Shown here one piece after another: positions 13,042 to 24,569 of a stretch of DNA of 64,000 nucleotides (positions are counted from its first letter, which is position 1; each line of letters opens with the position of its first letter). Made by a program: the position numbers and the translations under genes. The stretch is from contig VJWM01000011.1 in NCBI GenBank assembly GCA_010909165.1, positions 1,240,001 through 1,304,000 of the forward strand. Reading direction: 5' to 3'. The notes beneath the pieces are model-generated. The model was not told where the DNA came from, ran no database searches, and saw nothing but the letters and a program-made list of their open reading frames with translations. This DNA is from Anthoceros angustus. Taxonomy: Eukaryota > Plantae > Anthocerotophyta.

Positions 13042-16000
13042 ATGGCGAGGAATCCAGAGTTCGAGTGGGGATCTGCTCAAATCATAAAAATTAGCGTGAA
13101 TTTGATTGAAGCTGCCAACGTCTTGTTAGATTTTCTTTCTCACGTAGAACGAAATCCATGTCTGTATTGGGACGACGAAGCCATCACACGGGCCATCAAG
13201 AGGTACTGCAATGTAGCGTGCGATGTTGTACAGTGCAGTTTCTCGATCACATGGAACCATCTTGATGAAGAATGGAGACTCTTGTGCTCTGATGCAGGTA
13301 TAAATCCTGCTGGCTACCTCTGGCAGCGGAAGCAGATGGACAGCATCTCGTTCCCCCTTTAGATTGTGCCTGGATCTGGCATTGCCATCGGCTCAGCCCC
13401 GTAAGTGACACAGCCTTTCAAATGCAGACATTTGTTGTATTCAACATTTGTGGTGCTTGCTCATCACTTTGTTGCTGAAGCAGGTCCAGTATGCAAAGGA
13501 CTGTGAAGCACTTTACGGGAAGATCATCGATGCCAACATGTTGGCCGGGGCAAGGCAGGAGCTGGCCAGGCAGACTACGGCGAAGCTCTGGAGACAGCGG
13601 TATGCGGATGAGCCATACTTCCTTGACCTCAGTGTTTTCGCAAACAGCAGCCGGATGGTCGTGAGACAACCTGCGGGACAACCTGCGGGAACTCCGCAAC
13701 CGCAAGTCAGTGATGGCAGCTATGACTTGGCTGCGGCAGTGGCCAGGCAGAGATCCTTCTTCTACCAGGTGGGCCTCTCACCTTCTCCCGCTTCCCAGCT
13801 GCTGCATTTGAAGCGGGTCTATGACGTGTGACGCTCCTTCATCTGGCCATGAACTCCCCGATCTTGTGCTTCAGGTGTCTCGTGCTTACATGACAGACGC
13901 CAGATTTCTGGAAATCTCCTTGATGCGGTACAAAGCCTTCCTGCATCTGGCTCGCGTGAAACAATCCAGCCAGGCACGCGAGGTGTTTCTGGTGCCCACC
14001 TACGACATCGATCTGTTCTGGCACGCGCATCAGCTGAGTCCTGTGGCCTATCAGGTTGACACGACGGAGCTTTTGGGACGAATCTTCAACCACGATGACA
14101 CTGATAGTGACAGAAGCTCCGGGCAGAAGCTGGATGTAGGGTTCTCGGCAACGTGTGAGCTGTGGAGACAGGTATTCGGATTCGAGTACTTGCGCGCAGG
14201 AGTGTTCTACCGGGGCGAGGCACCAACATCTGTTCCAGGGCCACCTCTGCCACAGCAAAGTGGAAACTCTGCAGGAGCTCCAGATTTCCGTCATCTACAG
14301 GCGCACATCCGCACTCGGGAAGTGCTCGAGGTACGATTCCCTTGTCTGCTGGAATTGGATCCGGTTGTCGGGTGTCGATGGCAGCTCTACATGTCGCATT
14401 GAGGGAGCCTGCCTGTGTGTCTGTGCAGGCCCATATAGCTGTGCTGGGAGCCAGAAATGTGCACGCTAGCCTCAAGTCCAAGTTCTTTGTGCGCCTCAAG
14501 GTGTTCAACAAGTTTAAAGACTTCAAGCTTGATACTCCCAAAGTGAAGTCCTCCGGATCCCAAGATCTTGAGTGGAGGCATGTCTGGAGTATTGAGTGTG
14601 AAACATCCACACTTGGGCTGGTTTTCGGGCTTCTCAAGAAGAAGAACGGCATGCTGGGCAAGCTTACGGCCTCCAAGCAAATTGGCACAGTCTCTATCCC
14701 GTGGAAGGAGCTGCTGGCGTCTCCAACCTTATCATTTGACAAGTACTTTCCACTTTTGTCACGTAGACCAGGTGGAGGAGACTCGAAACCAGCTGCTCTG
14801 CGTCTTTCAGTCTCTGTCACTCCACCGACGAAAGGGCCATACCTTCTTCGAACGGAAGCCCTGAAGCATGCCACGGATGATAATGGGCTTACTGTCATTT
14901 CCGGCCATCCATCATCAGGAATTCCTCAAAAAGGTCGATGGATATCGAGAGCCGTGATAGATCATTCTGACGTCGAGGTGTATGCTGTACGAATCTTGTA
15001 AGTTCTCGGGTCTGTATAGATGTGTTTGAAAAGTTTGGTCTGTTGTCTGTTGTCAGTATGTTAAACAAAACCCACCCTGTGTGATGCAACAACTAGGGCT
15101 GCAACTGGGGCTGTCGCAAGAGTGCCAAGAGAGTCGCCTTTGCCTGTGGACGATTGGAGCAAGGTGATTCACGTACATAAGGGGGGATGGTACAAGTCTC
15201 GATTGCCAGAGATGCGTTACGAGAGCTGCAGTAAAGCCCCAGGTGAGCTGTCATCTCTGACTACTTTTGTTTTCTCGTAGTTGCCTCAAGAAAGGCAGCT
15301 GGCCAAAACTATGGTATGTCGTCACTGTTTCTCTACGCAATTTGCAGCTGAGATTGTTGGCTCTGCCGAGCACGACTTCGCCCCAGTGGAGACCCGCAGG
15401 TACCAAAGAAGGTGGCATTTACCTGGGAACCAAGCATTGCTCAAAATAACAATGCCTGAAAGTGGTGTATTTGATGTCATTGTTCCCCATCTTGAACTCA
15501 CTGGCAATGTCGGTAACCCGGTAAGCGCTCTCTTCTCTTCTGCTTTGTGGTGTGGTATGGGAGCACAGTATAACTCTCACCATTCATTGTTCCGTTGCAC
15601 CTACGTTCTAGATCTCCTGCCAAATCATGGCTGCAGAGAAACCATGAGGATTCAGGGATAATGTTGAGCTGTGTGTCTCAGGCCATCTTGTTGCCAGGAA
15701 GAAAGCTGCAGTATGAGATTGAGGGTGCCCCACTGTCAAACGAAGAAGGCTTTGTGACTCTCATTCGCTACAGTGCTGAACACCCTCATGGCGAGGCTAC
15801 TGCCCTTTTCAACTGGAAGTCTGGAACTATGGAGGTAAGAATGCCCGCGGGTTTCTTTCTGACCAAGTATCGAATTGCTCTGACCCGAATCCTGGCATAA
15901 GCGATAGCTGCACTGGTTGTGCAGATCCAGCCGGATGAGAATGTCGTGCTAGTGTTGCTGCTTTCCACAGCAATCGGGACATCTCTGTTTGATATGTATT

Positions 16001-16434
16001 CAGAGCGTTTTCGAACAAAGAGTCGGAGGAAGCACCGAAAAGAACAGCCCTTTGGCAACCAGTGGGGTACATTCTTGGACTGGCCTGAATTTGATTTGTG
16101 AAACTTGTGCTTCCAGCCTGTGATCTGAACTGTGGACACAACGTGTACAGGAGCTGTGACAGTCAATGGCGGGTTCCGGGATCCCAGAGACAATTATACC
16201 TTTACAAGCAGAGGAGATCTTATGGCCAGTAACCTGCTATTCTACCAGTGGTGGTTTTTCACTCCTCTAATTTGGTACGGTGGAGGAGGTTGTGGAGGTT
16301 GCGGTGGCGGCTGTGGTGGGGGCTGTGGTGCTAGCGGCGGTGGCTGTGGTGGTGGAGGATGTGGTGGTGGCTGTGGAGGTGGTGGTGGCGATGGAGGAGG
16401 TGGGTGCGGAGGTTGCGGTGGCTGCGGAGGCTGA
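13042..16434 (+). CDS. GRDP1: Glycine-rich domain-containing protein (GRDP1/2-like, DUF1399), 10 exons, about 823 aa
   Basis: Exons 13042-13202, 13298-13400, 13484-13768, 13875-14330, 14429-14997, 15097-15242, 15348-15520, 15682-15834, 15925-16066, 16151-16434; all GT-AG and phase-consistent. Motifs WLPL..VPPLDCAWIWHCHRL, FLVPTYDIDLFWHAHQL, HDDTDSDRS.G.KL, GRKLQY, C-terminal GGCGG repeats. Confidence 0.93.
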
Positions 16435-16759
16435 TCGTCCCTTTCCAATCCACGTGTATTGCCTTGTGTTGACACTGTACTGTATGTGGGTTGAACTATT
16501 TATGGTTTAGTTTTGTACTCTTCCTATTATTTGAGGCATTTGAGGCTTGATGAATGAGCAGGCACAGGGGTCAAGCAGACGACCTTGCTGACTATGAGAT
16601 CGGTAAACTGAAGGGCACCGTATACGGAGCGGGAATGTTTCCAAATACCAGATTGGTACAGCGTGGGATGGAGTTAAGGAAGGACATTCACCCTAAGAAT
16701 AAGAAGAGAGGAGCAATTTTTCCTGCTTTTCACACTTGGGCACTGAGCAATCTTCGTTA

Positions 16760-17520
16760 TTCTCACCTCGACCCTGACAACTGCAACAATTAGCTGCGAA
16801 TCGAGGCACACGGTACCCATGCCTTGCAACAATGACCCTCTGTTCAAGCCTCGGCATGATCTCCGTGGAACTGTGGCAGTCACTACACATGCGTAGACAT
16901 GCCTATAAAGCACATCTTCCTTTTCGTCTCAAACAGTGGCTTCAGCACCAACTTTGTGTGAGGTACGTGGCCTCCTTCCTGCTTCAGACTTGCATTCGTG
17001 CTCTCTATCCTCTCTTCTTTCTCCCACCACAAATCTATGTACCTCCTTGCTCACCTCAATGGTTGCCGCTGCCGGTTTCTTGTTACCTCCTGCTACCATT
17101 CTCTTTGTTTCAATCCTGTCTACATAGGTCCACACAGGCTTTGGCCATGGGCACATATGCAAACGCCCGCAGAGGGTCGAGCCTAACAATGCTTTGAAAG
17201 CACCACGTAGCCCTCTCTGTATCCCCGTGACTTTTGCAGGCATTCAACGAAGACCTCAAGCCCAAAACAGCCCAAAACATTACTTTGGCCCTCACATGAC
17301 AAAAGCATGTGCTCAGCCTCATCTAAATGGCCCGCACGCCCAAGAAGATCATGCAATTGTAATGCTCAGCAGTAGGTTCGATGCCACGCCGTTCAGCCAT
17401 GGAGTCAAAGTGGACCAGACCCTCATGACTGCATGCTGTTGAAAGACAAGTAAAAGTAGCGCAAGAGGAGGTACCATGACCCATCTGCACATCCAAGTAA
17501 ACGAGCTGCTTCATCAACCC
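16760..17520 (-). pseudogene. PLS-PPR pseudogene with DYW:KP domain remnant
   Basis: TACSHEGL..GIEPTAEHYNCMI (L2/S2), KKPAAATIEVSKEVHRFVVGE (KP box), HTKLVLKP, MCSDCHSSTEIM, CSCQGR. The HAE..KNLR segment is deleted and there are frameshifts. Confidence 0.85.
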
Positions 17521-18247
17521 AAGCTGGCCTAAACCTGTTTACCCACAGCACCTGTTGTCCCACCAGCTGGTATCCTCCAGAAAAAATTGTTGCCACGAGT
17601 GCTTCTGCCCCTGGCGACGACCATCGCTGGATAACCCGTCCCCACCCACATATTCTCTCGGAAGTGGAAACGCTCTGCTGCTTACACTGCTGCACCTGGA
17701 GGCTGGCTTGTTTGCCGGGGGTCGAGTCCCTGAGGTGAGGTGAGCAGGAGCTCCTCGCAGAATCCCTGCACACACACCAATTTGTTGGGTCCACAACAGT
17801 ACCCGCCGTCGCATCGCCTGATGAGCCTCGAGCGAGAACAGGCACTGGGTAGGGCAACTGAAGTGTGAATGGCGAGCGACATGTAAACATACATACATGT
17901 ACATATCATGGGCATGATGTAGGGCCCACATGCCTTTGGGAGGGAGGTTTTACTAGCTTATCATGCTACCTCAAGCTTTGGGTTGGTTGTGGATATCAAC
18001 GCACTACCAAGCAAGCCATTCCCTCTCGCTATCAATAAATGTCTTGGTGATATCAGTCTTGGTGTAGATGGGTCGACCCATCTCTTCCTCTTTCTTCGCT
18101 GCTATGCCTCTAAGTGCAATTCTCACAATAAGATGATTTTAGGTATATAATAAAAAATTATATCACAATAATGTTACGTAGGTGACTGTAAGAGAATCCC
18201 ACGACAAGGCCTGACTGACGACTGTCGGGGACTGCCGTGCTGCCGCT

Positions 18248-21200
18248 TCAAGCGGACCACTTCAATTCGAAATCCTGGCCGACAGACAGGTCGAGGCCAG
18301 CAATGTCCGCCCGGAAAGTGGACGGATCGAAGGCGACGGTCACGTGACGAGACGCCGGCTTTCCGTTAATATGCACACGGGAGGGCGCCGATCTCAGTCC
18401 CAGGACAGTAACTGTCTGCACCGTCAGCCCTTCCTTGAGCGCGTATGCTCCAGATCGCCCGACTCGGGCTGACAGAGAGCCTCCAGCGCGGTGAGACAGC
18501 AGGCCCGAGTATTTGACGAAAGTCGACTTCCATCTGGCAATCCGCATCTGCACCTCCTCCTCGCTGTCCACGAAGAGCCTTCCGTGAGCGACCTGCAAGT
18601 CGCTCGTCTCCAGCGAGAAAGCCAGCAGCAGTGTGAACGGGGTTTTCCGGGCCAGGGCCGTCGTCAGTCTCACGTCTTGCAAGGGAAGGATGGAGCCTTC
18701 GCGGACATGCACGTTGATGACTTCCAACGGAGCTGGCAGCAGGTGGTAGGATCCCTGGGGGCTGCTGACGCGGGTGGAGTCGAAGAGGTTGTACCAGGTG
18801 CCCTTGGGGAAGTATGCCCTAACTGAGGTCGCTCCTTCTTCCAGGACTGGGGAGACGAGAACCGAGGGACCTAGCAGGAGCTGGCCGTTGATGTGCAGGG
18901 TCTCGGTTTCCTCGGGGAACTGGAAGAAGAGGGGGCGGGCTATGGGGTGGCCGGTGATGTGGGCCTCGAAGGCCAGAGTGTAGATGTAGGGTAGGAGCCT
19001 GTAGCGGAGGCCAAGTGCGGCGTGGGCGGACCTGGTGACGGATTCCCAGATGTACAGCTCCTGGTTAGGGCTCTGGATGTCCGCGTGGTTGCGGGAGAAG
19101 GGGTAGAATGCGCCCAGCTGGATCCATCGGTTGCATAGTTCTTCTGTCGTGCCTCCGATGAACCCGCAGATGTCTGCGCCCACCATGGGGATTCCGAATA
19201 GGCCAGAGTTGAGGGTGCTGACGATGGAGTAGGCCAGGTCGTTGAAAGTGGCTCCGTTGTCCCCGGTCCAGTGGGCTGTGTACTTCCCGGAGCCGACGAA
19301 GGTCGATCTTGATAGGAGGAAGGGCCTCGTGCCCAGGGCGGATTTTAGGGCTTCTTCTGTGGCAATGGACTCGGTGAGACCGTACAGGTTGTGGGCGTTG
19401 TACTCTAAGATGTCGTCGTAGTGTCTTGCGCTGGTGGCGATGGCCTTGACTCCTAGGTCCCGGTGCTCCCCGCCGTAGTTGATCTTGTAGGGAGGCTCGT
19501 CATACGAGGTTGGGTTGGAGGAGTCGCATACCAGACAGCACACAGTCTGCTGCTTGGGGTCCGGGCATGCTTGGTTTGTGGGAAGCGAGCATTTCCTGCC
19601 GCTGCAGAAGTTGGAGGCCTCGTTCATGTCGATCCACAGGCCATCGAAGGGCACCAGGTTGTGGAAGTCTGATATTTCCCTGGCCCAGTAGGCTGGCGTT
19701 TTGGGGTTGAGGAAATCCGGGAAGTACACTGGGCCTGGCCACACTTGTGCAAGATAGTTGTCGCCCTGATAGTCTTTGATGTATATATCGGACTCCAGCC
19801 CACGTAGGAATGTGGTGTAGTTGTAGTCGGTCTTGATCCCTGCACGTGTGTGTATACACAAGTTGTTGAACATACACCTACTGAGTCGTTCGATTCAGAT
19901 GACAAGGAAAGCTGGCGATATGGATACATGTATGTAGAGAAAGAAAATTACCAGGATCGACAATTACAACATACTTCTGCCCGTCAGCATGTAGTTGGTC
20001 CACGAAGCTGCGTAGTTTGTCCTCTGGAAAGTTCACGGAATCTGTGGTGAAGTCTCGCCAACCGTTCATGTAGTCTATGTCAGTCCACATCACTTCCAGC
20101 GGCAAATTTGCCTTCTTGTAGTTCGCAACCACTGACTCCAATTCCTCCACGTTCTTGTAACCATACTTGCACTGATGGAAACCTGAAGAATGAAACATAC
20201 GGGTTTCAGAACCTGTGAGATTGTTTCATTCGATAGACATCCATTCCGGGAACGCAACACAACACAAGGCAAAGTTCTTACCAAAGGACCAGTATGGCAT
20301 GGGTGCAGGCCTCCCTACAACTTCAGTGTACTGAGAAACCACTGACAATGGGGAAGGACCCGCAAAGTAGTACAAGTCCAGAACACCTCCCACAATCCGA
20401 TAGGTTAAAGAGTCATTCCCATATGTGATGTCCATGCCGTTGCTGTTCAGGAGTAGCACACCATGAGAAGAACCACCTTCTCTTACATCCAGATAGAAGG
20501 GAAAAGACCCATAGAGATCGATGTCAATAGATAAGCTGGGGATATCTGCAGCCCATAGCGTGTAGGTTCTGCCATGGGTGAGTCGCAGTCCATCAGGACG
20601 AGTACTTTCACCCAGCCCATAAAGCGATGCAGTCTTAGGAACTTGTGTTGATAACTCCAAGTACTGATCCTTGAACACCAGACTGCCGAAAACATCCTGG
20701 GCTTCTCCTCCTGCGGCTGGAGGGGTTGTGTTGAACAGTACCTCTCCTGATGCCCGTCTGGTGATAGCAAAGCCAAAGGGATCAGCGGTGTAGGAGAACT
20801 CCAAATGCCTCGAAGAAAAGCTCGTCTCTCCTGTTTTGACCTGGAGAAGGTCGTGATCCTTCTGTCGGGGAATGACATAGTCAGGTATTTCCCATCTGTC
20901 ACGATGGGCGTCTGTAATGTGGACATGCAGCCTGTTAGCAGTCTCGTACCTGCACCAACAGAACCAGTTTGGGTCATTTGCACAATGCACAGTACGAGAC
21001 ACGAGAGCCTTTTGGTTGTCAGTCTCTCACAGATCAGAGAGAACGAAGTACCTGACCACCAGTCTCAGGTCTGTTATATCATCACCGTAGGTCTTTGTTG
21101 GCTCGGTCACCTTCAGGTTCGCAACAATCGTGTCTCCAAAAATTGTGTTGCTGATTGATGTAAGGCGATATCCATTACCCACATTTCCACTAGCCAGAGA

Positions 21201-21257
21201 GAAGACAGCCAAAAAGACAACAAGGAGAAACGCAACACTGGCCGCAGTTGGCCCCAT
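18248..21257 (-). CDS. Secreted GH31 alpha-xylosidase/alpha-glucosidase, 4 exons
   Basis: Exons 21257-21052, 20949-20282, 20182-19952, 19839-18248. Signal peptide; [22 protein letters not shown], catalytic WIDMNE and [13 protein letters not shown]. An in-frame upstream ATG exists at 21329. Confidence 0.95.
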
Positions 21258-22494
21258 GGTGGAGAGACGAGGGCTCTGTCCCCTCCCTCCAACTTCGGTG
21301 CCTGAGACTCTACCCTGCTCATCAGCCATACACCAGACTCTCTCTCAGCTTCTGCACATACCGACCATGCATGGCAATCTCGAAATAGCATATCACCAAC
21401 AACAGTGAGAAGAATGGGCTGCATGCTCGGATTCTTGGCCTTCACGCTGCTAAGGAGAAAGAGAGCAAATGCACAACACAACAGCATTTTCTCCATGCAA
21501 GCATTGCTAACCAAGACTGATCAGGTGCAAGACAAAAGCGCCTGAGGGCACCGCATTGCATTCTGGTGCCTCTTCAGTACGGTATAAACCACATTGTCCA
21601 GATCGTGATAGACAATGCCCACATGGACCTGAAGAACAAATACCTGGCGAGGGAGCGGAGGATCAATCCAGGCGCTCGGCCGGACCGGCAACAGCTTGTG
21701 CGGGCAATGGGGACTGCGGGACGGTGGCACATTTGGGCGTTATCTCCGCACCGTGGAAGGATGCTTCCCACGGGGCAGCCGGAAGACCGGAGTTTGCGCC
21801 TAAGATTATCCTGTAGCCGAGCCAAGATGTTGCTTGACAGGAAAGCCAAGCCGGCAATCTCTCACCTGCTGCCGAGCCAGCAGCTGCGGATCGTAAACAC
21901 GGTTGCCGCCAACGGCCTCGCCGCATTCTCCAGATCGGGCTAATCCACTCTCCAGCACCCGACCGCCAGCCGCAATTCCTCCTCCTAAACATAGTGAGGA
22001 GGCTAGGATAAGCTCAACTGCAGAAAAATCCACGGGCCTGCATCCGACATCTGGCGGCTTCCGCCCTGACACCGAGAATGATTGACTGCCCCAGGTCGAG
22101 TGCGGATACACTTGGCTCACTGTCACAGGCTTCTCAACCCTTGGTGCACAGCATACTGCAAGACGTGTGAACAATTTTATTCAATGAGGTACAATTTCAT
22201 CAGGCACACGTTCCACAGGAAGTGGCGCAGAGGATCACATCAAGGATCCCATGAGAAGCACCATTCGTACAGCTTGGGTGATTCCTATTAGATTAAGTGG
22301 AAGAGAGTGGATGCGCGTTGCTCACACACCAAAGATGCCCAGGTCTTCGTGTAGATGACAGAAGTATCAGCCCAAGGCTTGAGTGAAGAGCAGTTCATGG
22401 GCACAAATCTTGAGAAGCTGCTTGACGAATGTGCCTGCTCATGCATCAAGCCTTAGGAAGAGAAAAGGTATAACCTAGATGATTCATGCAGGAT

Positions 22495-24390
22495 AGTGTT
22501 CACACAAGGCAACCAACGCAGATAGTGTTCACACAAGGAAATACACAGCACTTGTAGGATGGCCGCTCTTCCGCAGCCACGGCCTCCAGCACAGAGCCCC
22601 CACCAAAACCTCCTCCACCGTACAAAATTAGAGGAGCGAATGATCACCACTAGTAGAATAGCCCATTACCTACTTGCCATAAGATCTCCTATTATAAGCA
22701 CAAAATTCTCCATCTGCAAGACCAGTGCAGCTATCATGGAGCCCCAACCTCAGACTCTGCACTAAACTCTGGTGTAGCTAGTATTTGATACTTGTCAGAA
22801 AAGAGAACACCACCACCTCCATACTTCCACACTTCCAGGTTACTGTACTCTCTTCTTCTGAAGGTGGTGCGGCCTCAATCTCATACTGCATCTTTCTTCC
22901 TCGCACAAACATGGCCTTACTCAGAAACACAAGTTCAGCCTGATTCGTTGATCCCATTTGGTACTTGTGGGAAAAAAAACCATCTTCACCTCCCGACTTC
23001 CTTAGTCCCACCCAGGCTACTGTCCAGTTGAAAAGGACAGTAGCCCTGCCATGAAGGTGTTCAGCACTGTAACGAATTTCAAGTCACAGTCTCTCTCTTT
23101 TGAAGGTGGTGAGGGCTCATACTGCATCTTTCTTCCTCGCACAAACCCATATGGCTTCAGAAACACAAGTTCAACGTGATTCGTAGATCCCATGGTTCCT
23201 CCACATGCATTGGCAGCAGAACGTAAGTGTAACGGCACCATACATGGTAAGAGTTATACTGTGCTTTCATAACACACCAGAACGCAGTAAGATAAGATAG
23301 CAGCTTACCAGGTTACCGACAAGCCTTCCAGATGAATTCAAGATTGGGGACACGTTACTCGAAATGCACCACTTTCAGGCAATGTTATTTTGAGAAGCTT
23401 GGTTCTCAGGTATGGACCACATTCTCTGGTACCTTCGGCTCTCCACTAGGGCGAATATGTGTCCGGCAAAGCCAGCAATCTCGACTGCAGATTGCAGAGA
23501 GAAACAGGTGAGTATAACCATCATAGACCTGGGCGGGCCTGCCTTTCTTGAGTCAATTATGAGATACTAAAGTTTATCAGAGATGGCAGCAAACCTGGGG
23601 CTTTATTAGAGCTCTGGTAACGCATATCCGGCCTTCAAGACTTGTCCCATCCCATCCCCCCTGATGTGCATGAATCACGCTTTCCATTTGTCCACAAGTT
23701 GTAGTCGCTCTGTTGGCAGTCTGAGGTCATGGACTTGAATGAACTTCTCTTTCTTCTCACGACAGCCCCTGTCGCAGCCCTGAAGGAAGTCATTCTATCA
23801 CGCAGGATGGACCTTGTTCAACATCCAGATCACAAACAAAACTTTTCCAACACTTCCATACTTCCCGAAAACAAACTTGATTCGTGCAGCACACACTTCA
23901 ACATGAGAATGATCGACCACGGTTCCGGATATCCATCGACGCTCTTGAGGAATTCCTGATGTAGGACGGCCGGAAATGACAGTTGCTTTAATATCATCCG
24001 TGGCATGCCTTGGTGCTCCCGGTCGAACAGGACTTGTTGGTGTATGACAGACACGGAAAGACGCAGAGCAGCAGGTTTCCAGATAGTCTAGCTGACAGAA
24101 GTGGAAAAAAATTCCATCACGTGTTAGGATTGGAGAAGCCAGCAGCGCCTCCTACGAGAGAGAGACAGCGCCAATTGGCCTGGGGCCATGAGCTTGCCGT
24201 GCATTCCTACTTCTCAAGAAACCCGACAACCAGCCCAAGTGCGGCTGTTTCACAGTCAGTATTCCTAACATGCCTCCAACCATCGTCGGAAGACGGCAGT
24301 CTGGCAGTATCAAGCTTGAAATCTTTGTACTTCTCCGACAGCTTGAGGCGCAGAAAGAGCTTGAACTTTGCGGCTGGCTTGTGCGATTCT
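22495..24390 (-). pseudogene. Inverted partial GRDP duplicate (exon 5 to 3' UTR) with introns retained
   Basis: Reverse complement matches 14461-16480 (e.g. CGCCTCAAG..TTCAAGCTTGATACT, AGGAGATCTTATGGC). The GRKMQYE exon is duplicated internally (about 22800-22950 and 23017-23190). Confidence 0.88.
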
Positions 24391-24569
24391 TTAGGGAGTC
24401 AGTCATAGGCGGCCAAGGATTGCTGCTCTCCTTGTGGACTGCCTCCAGGCCGCCGTGAGCGCGATGCGGGGCACTAGCTTCTCGGGATGTAAGCTCTGGA
24501 ACAACCACTTGGAGCAACTCTCTGTGAGAATTCCGCACCACTGGTGGACGCCAGGCAGAAGCAGTGCGA

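Noticed and set aside
16099-16128. Two in-frame TGA codons in GRDP suggesting readthrough, selenocysteine or editing
   Set aside because: They fall in an 84-nt GT-AG intron (16067-16150) whose removal gives QWG-AVTV in frame.
21566-22300. HIVQIVIDNA (hAT-like) and CKTC..H (zinc-finger-like) snippets
   Set aside because: Too short, with no supporting flanking domain.
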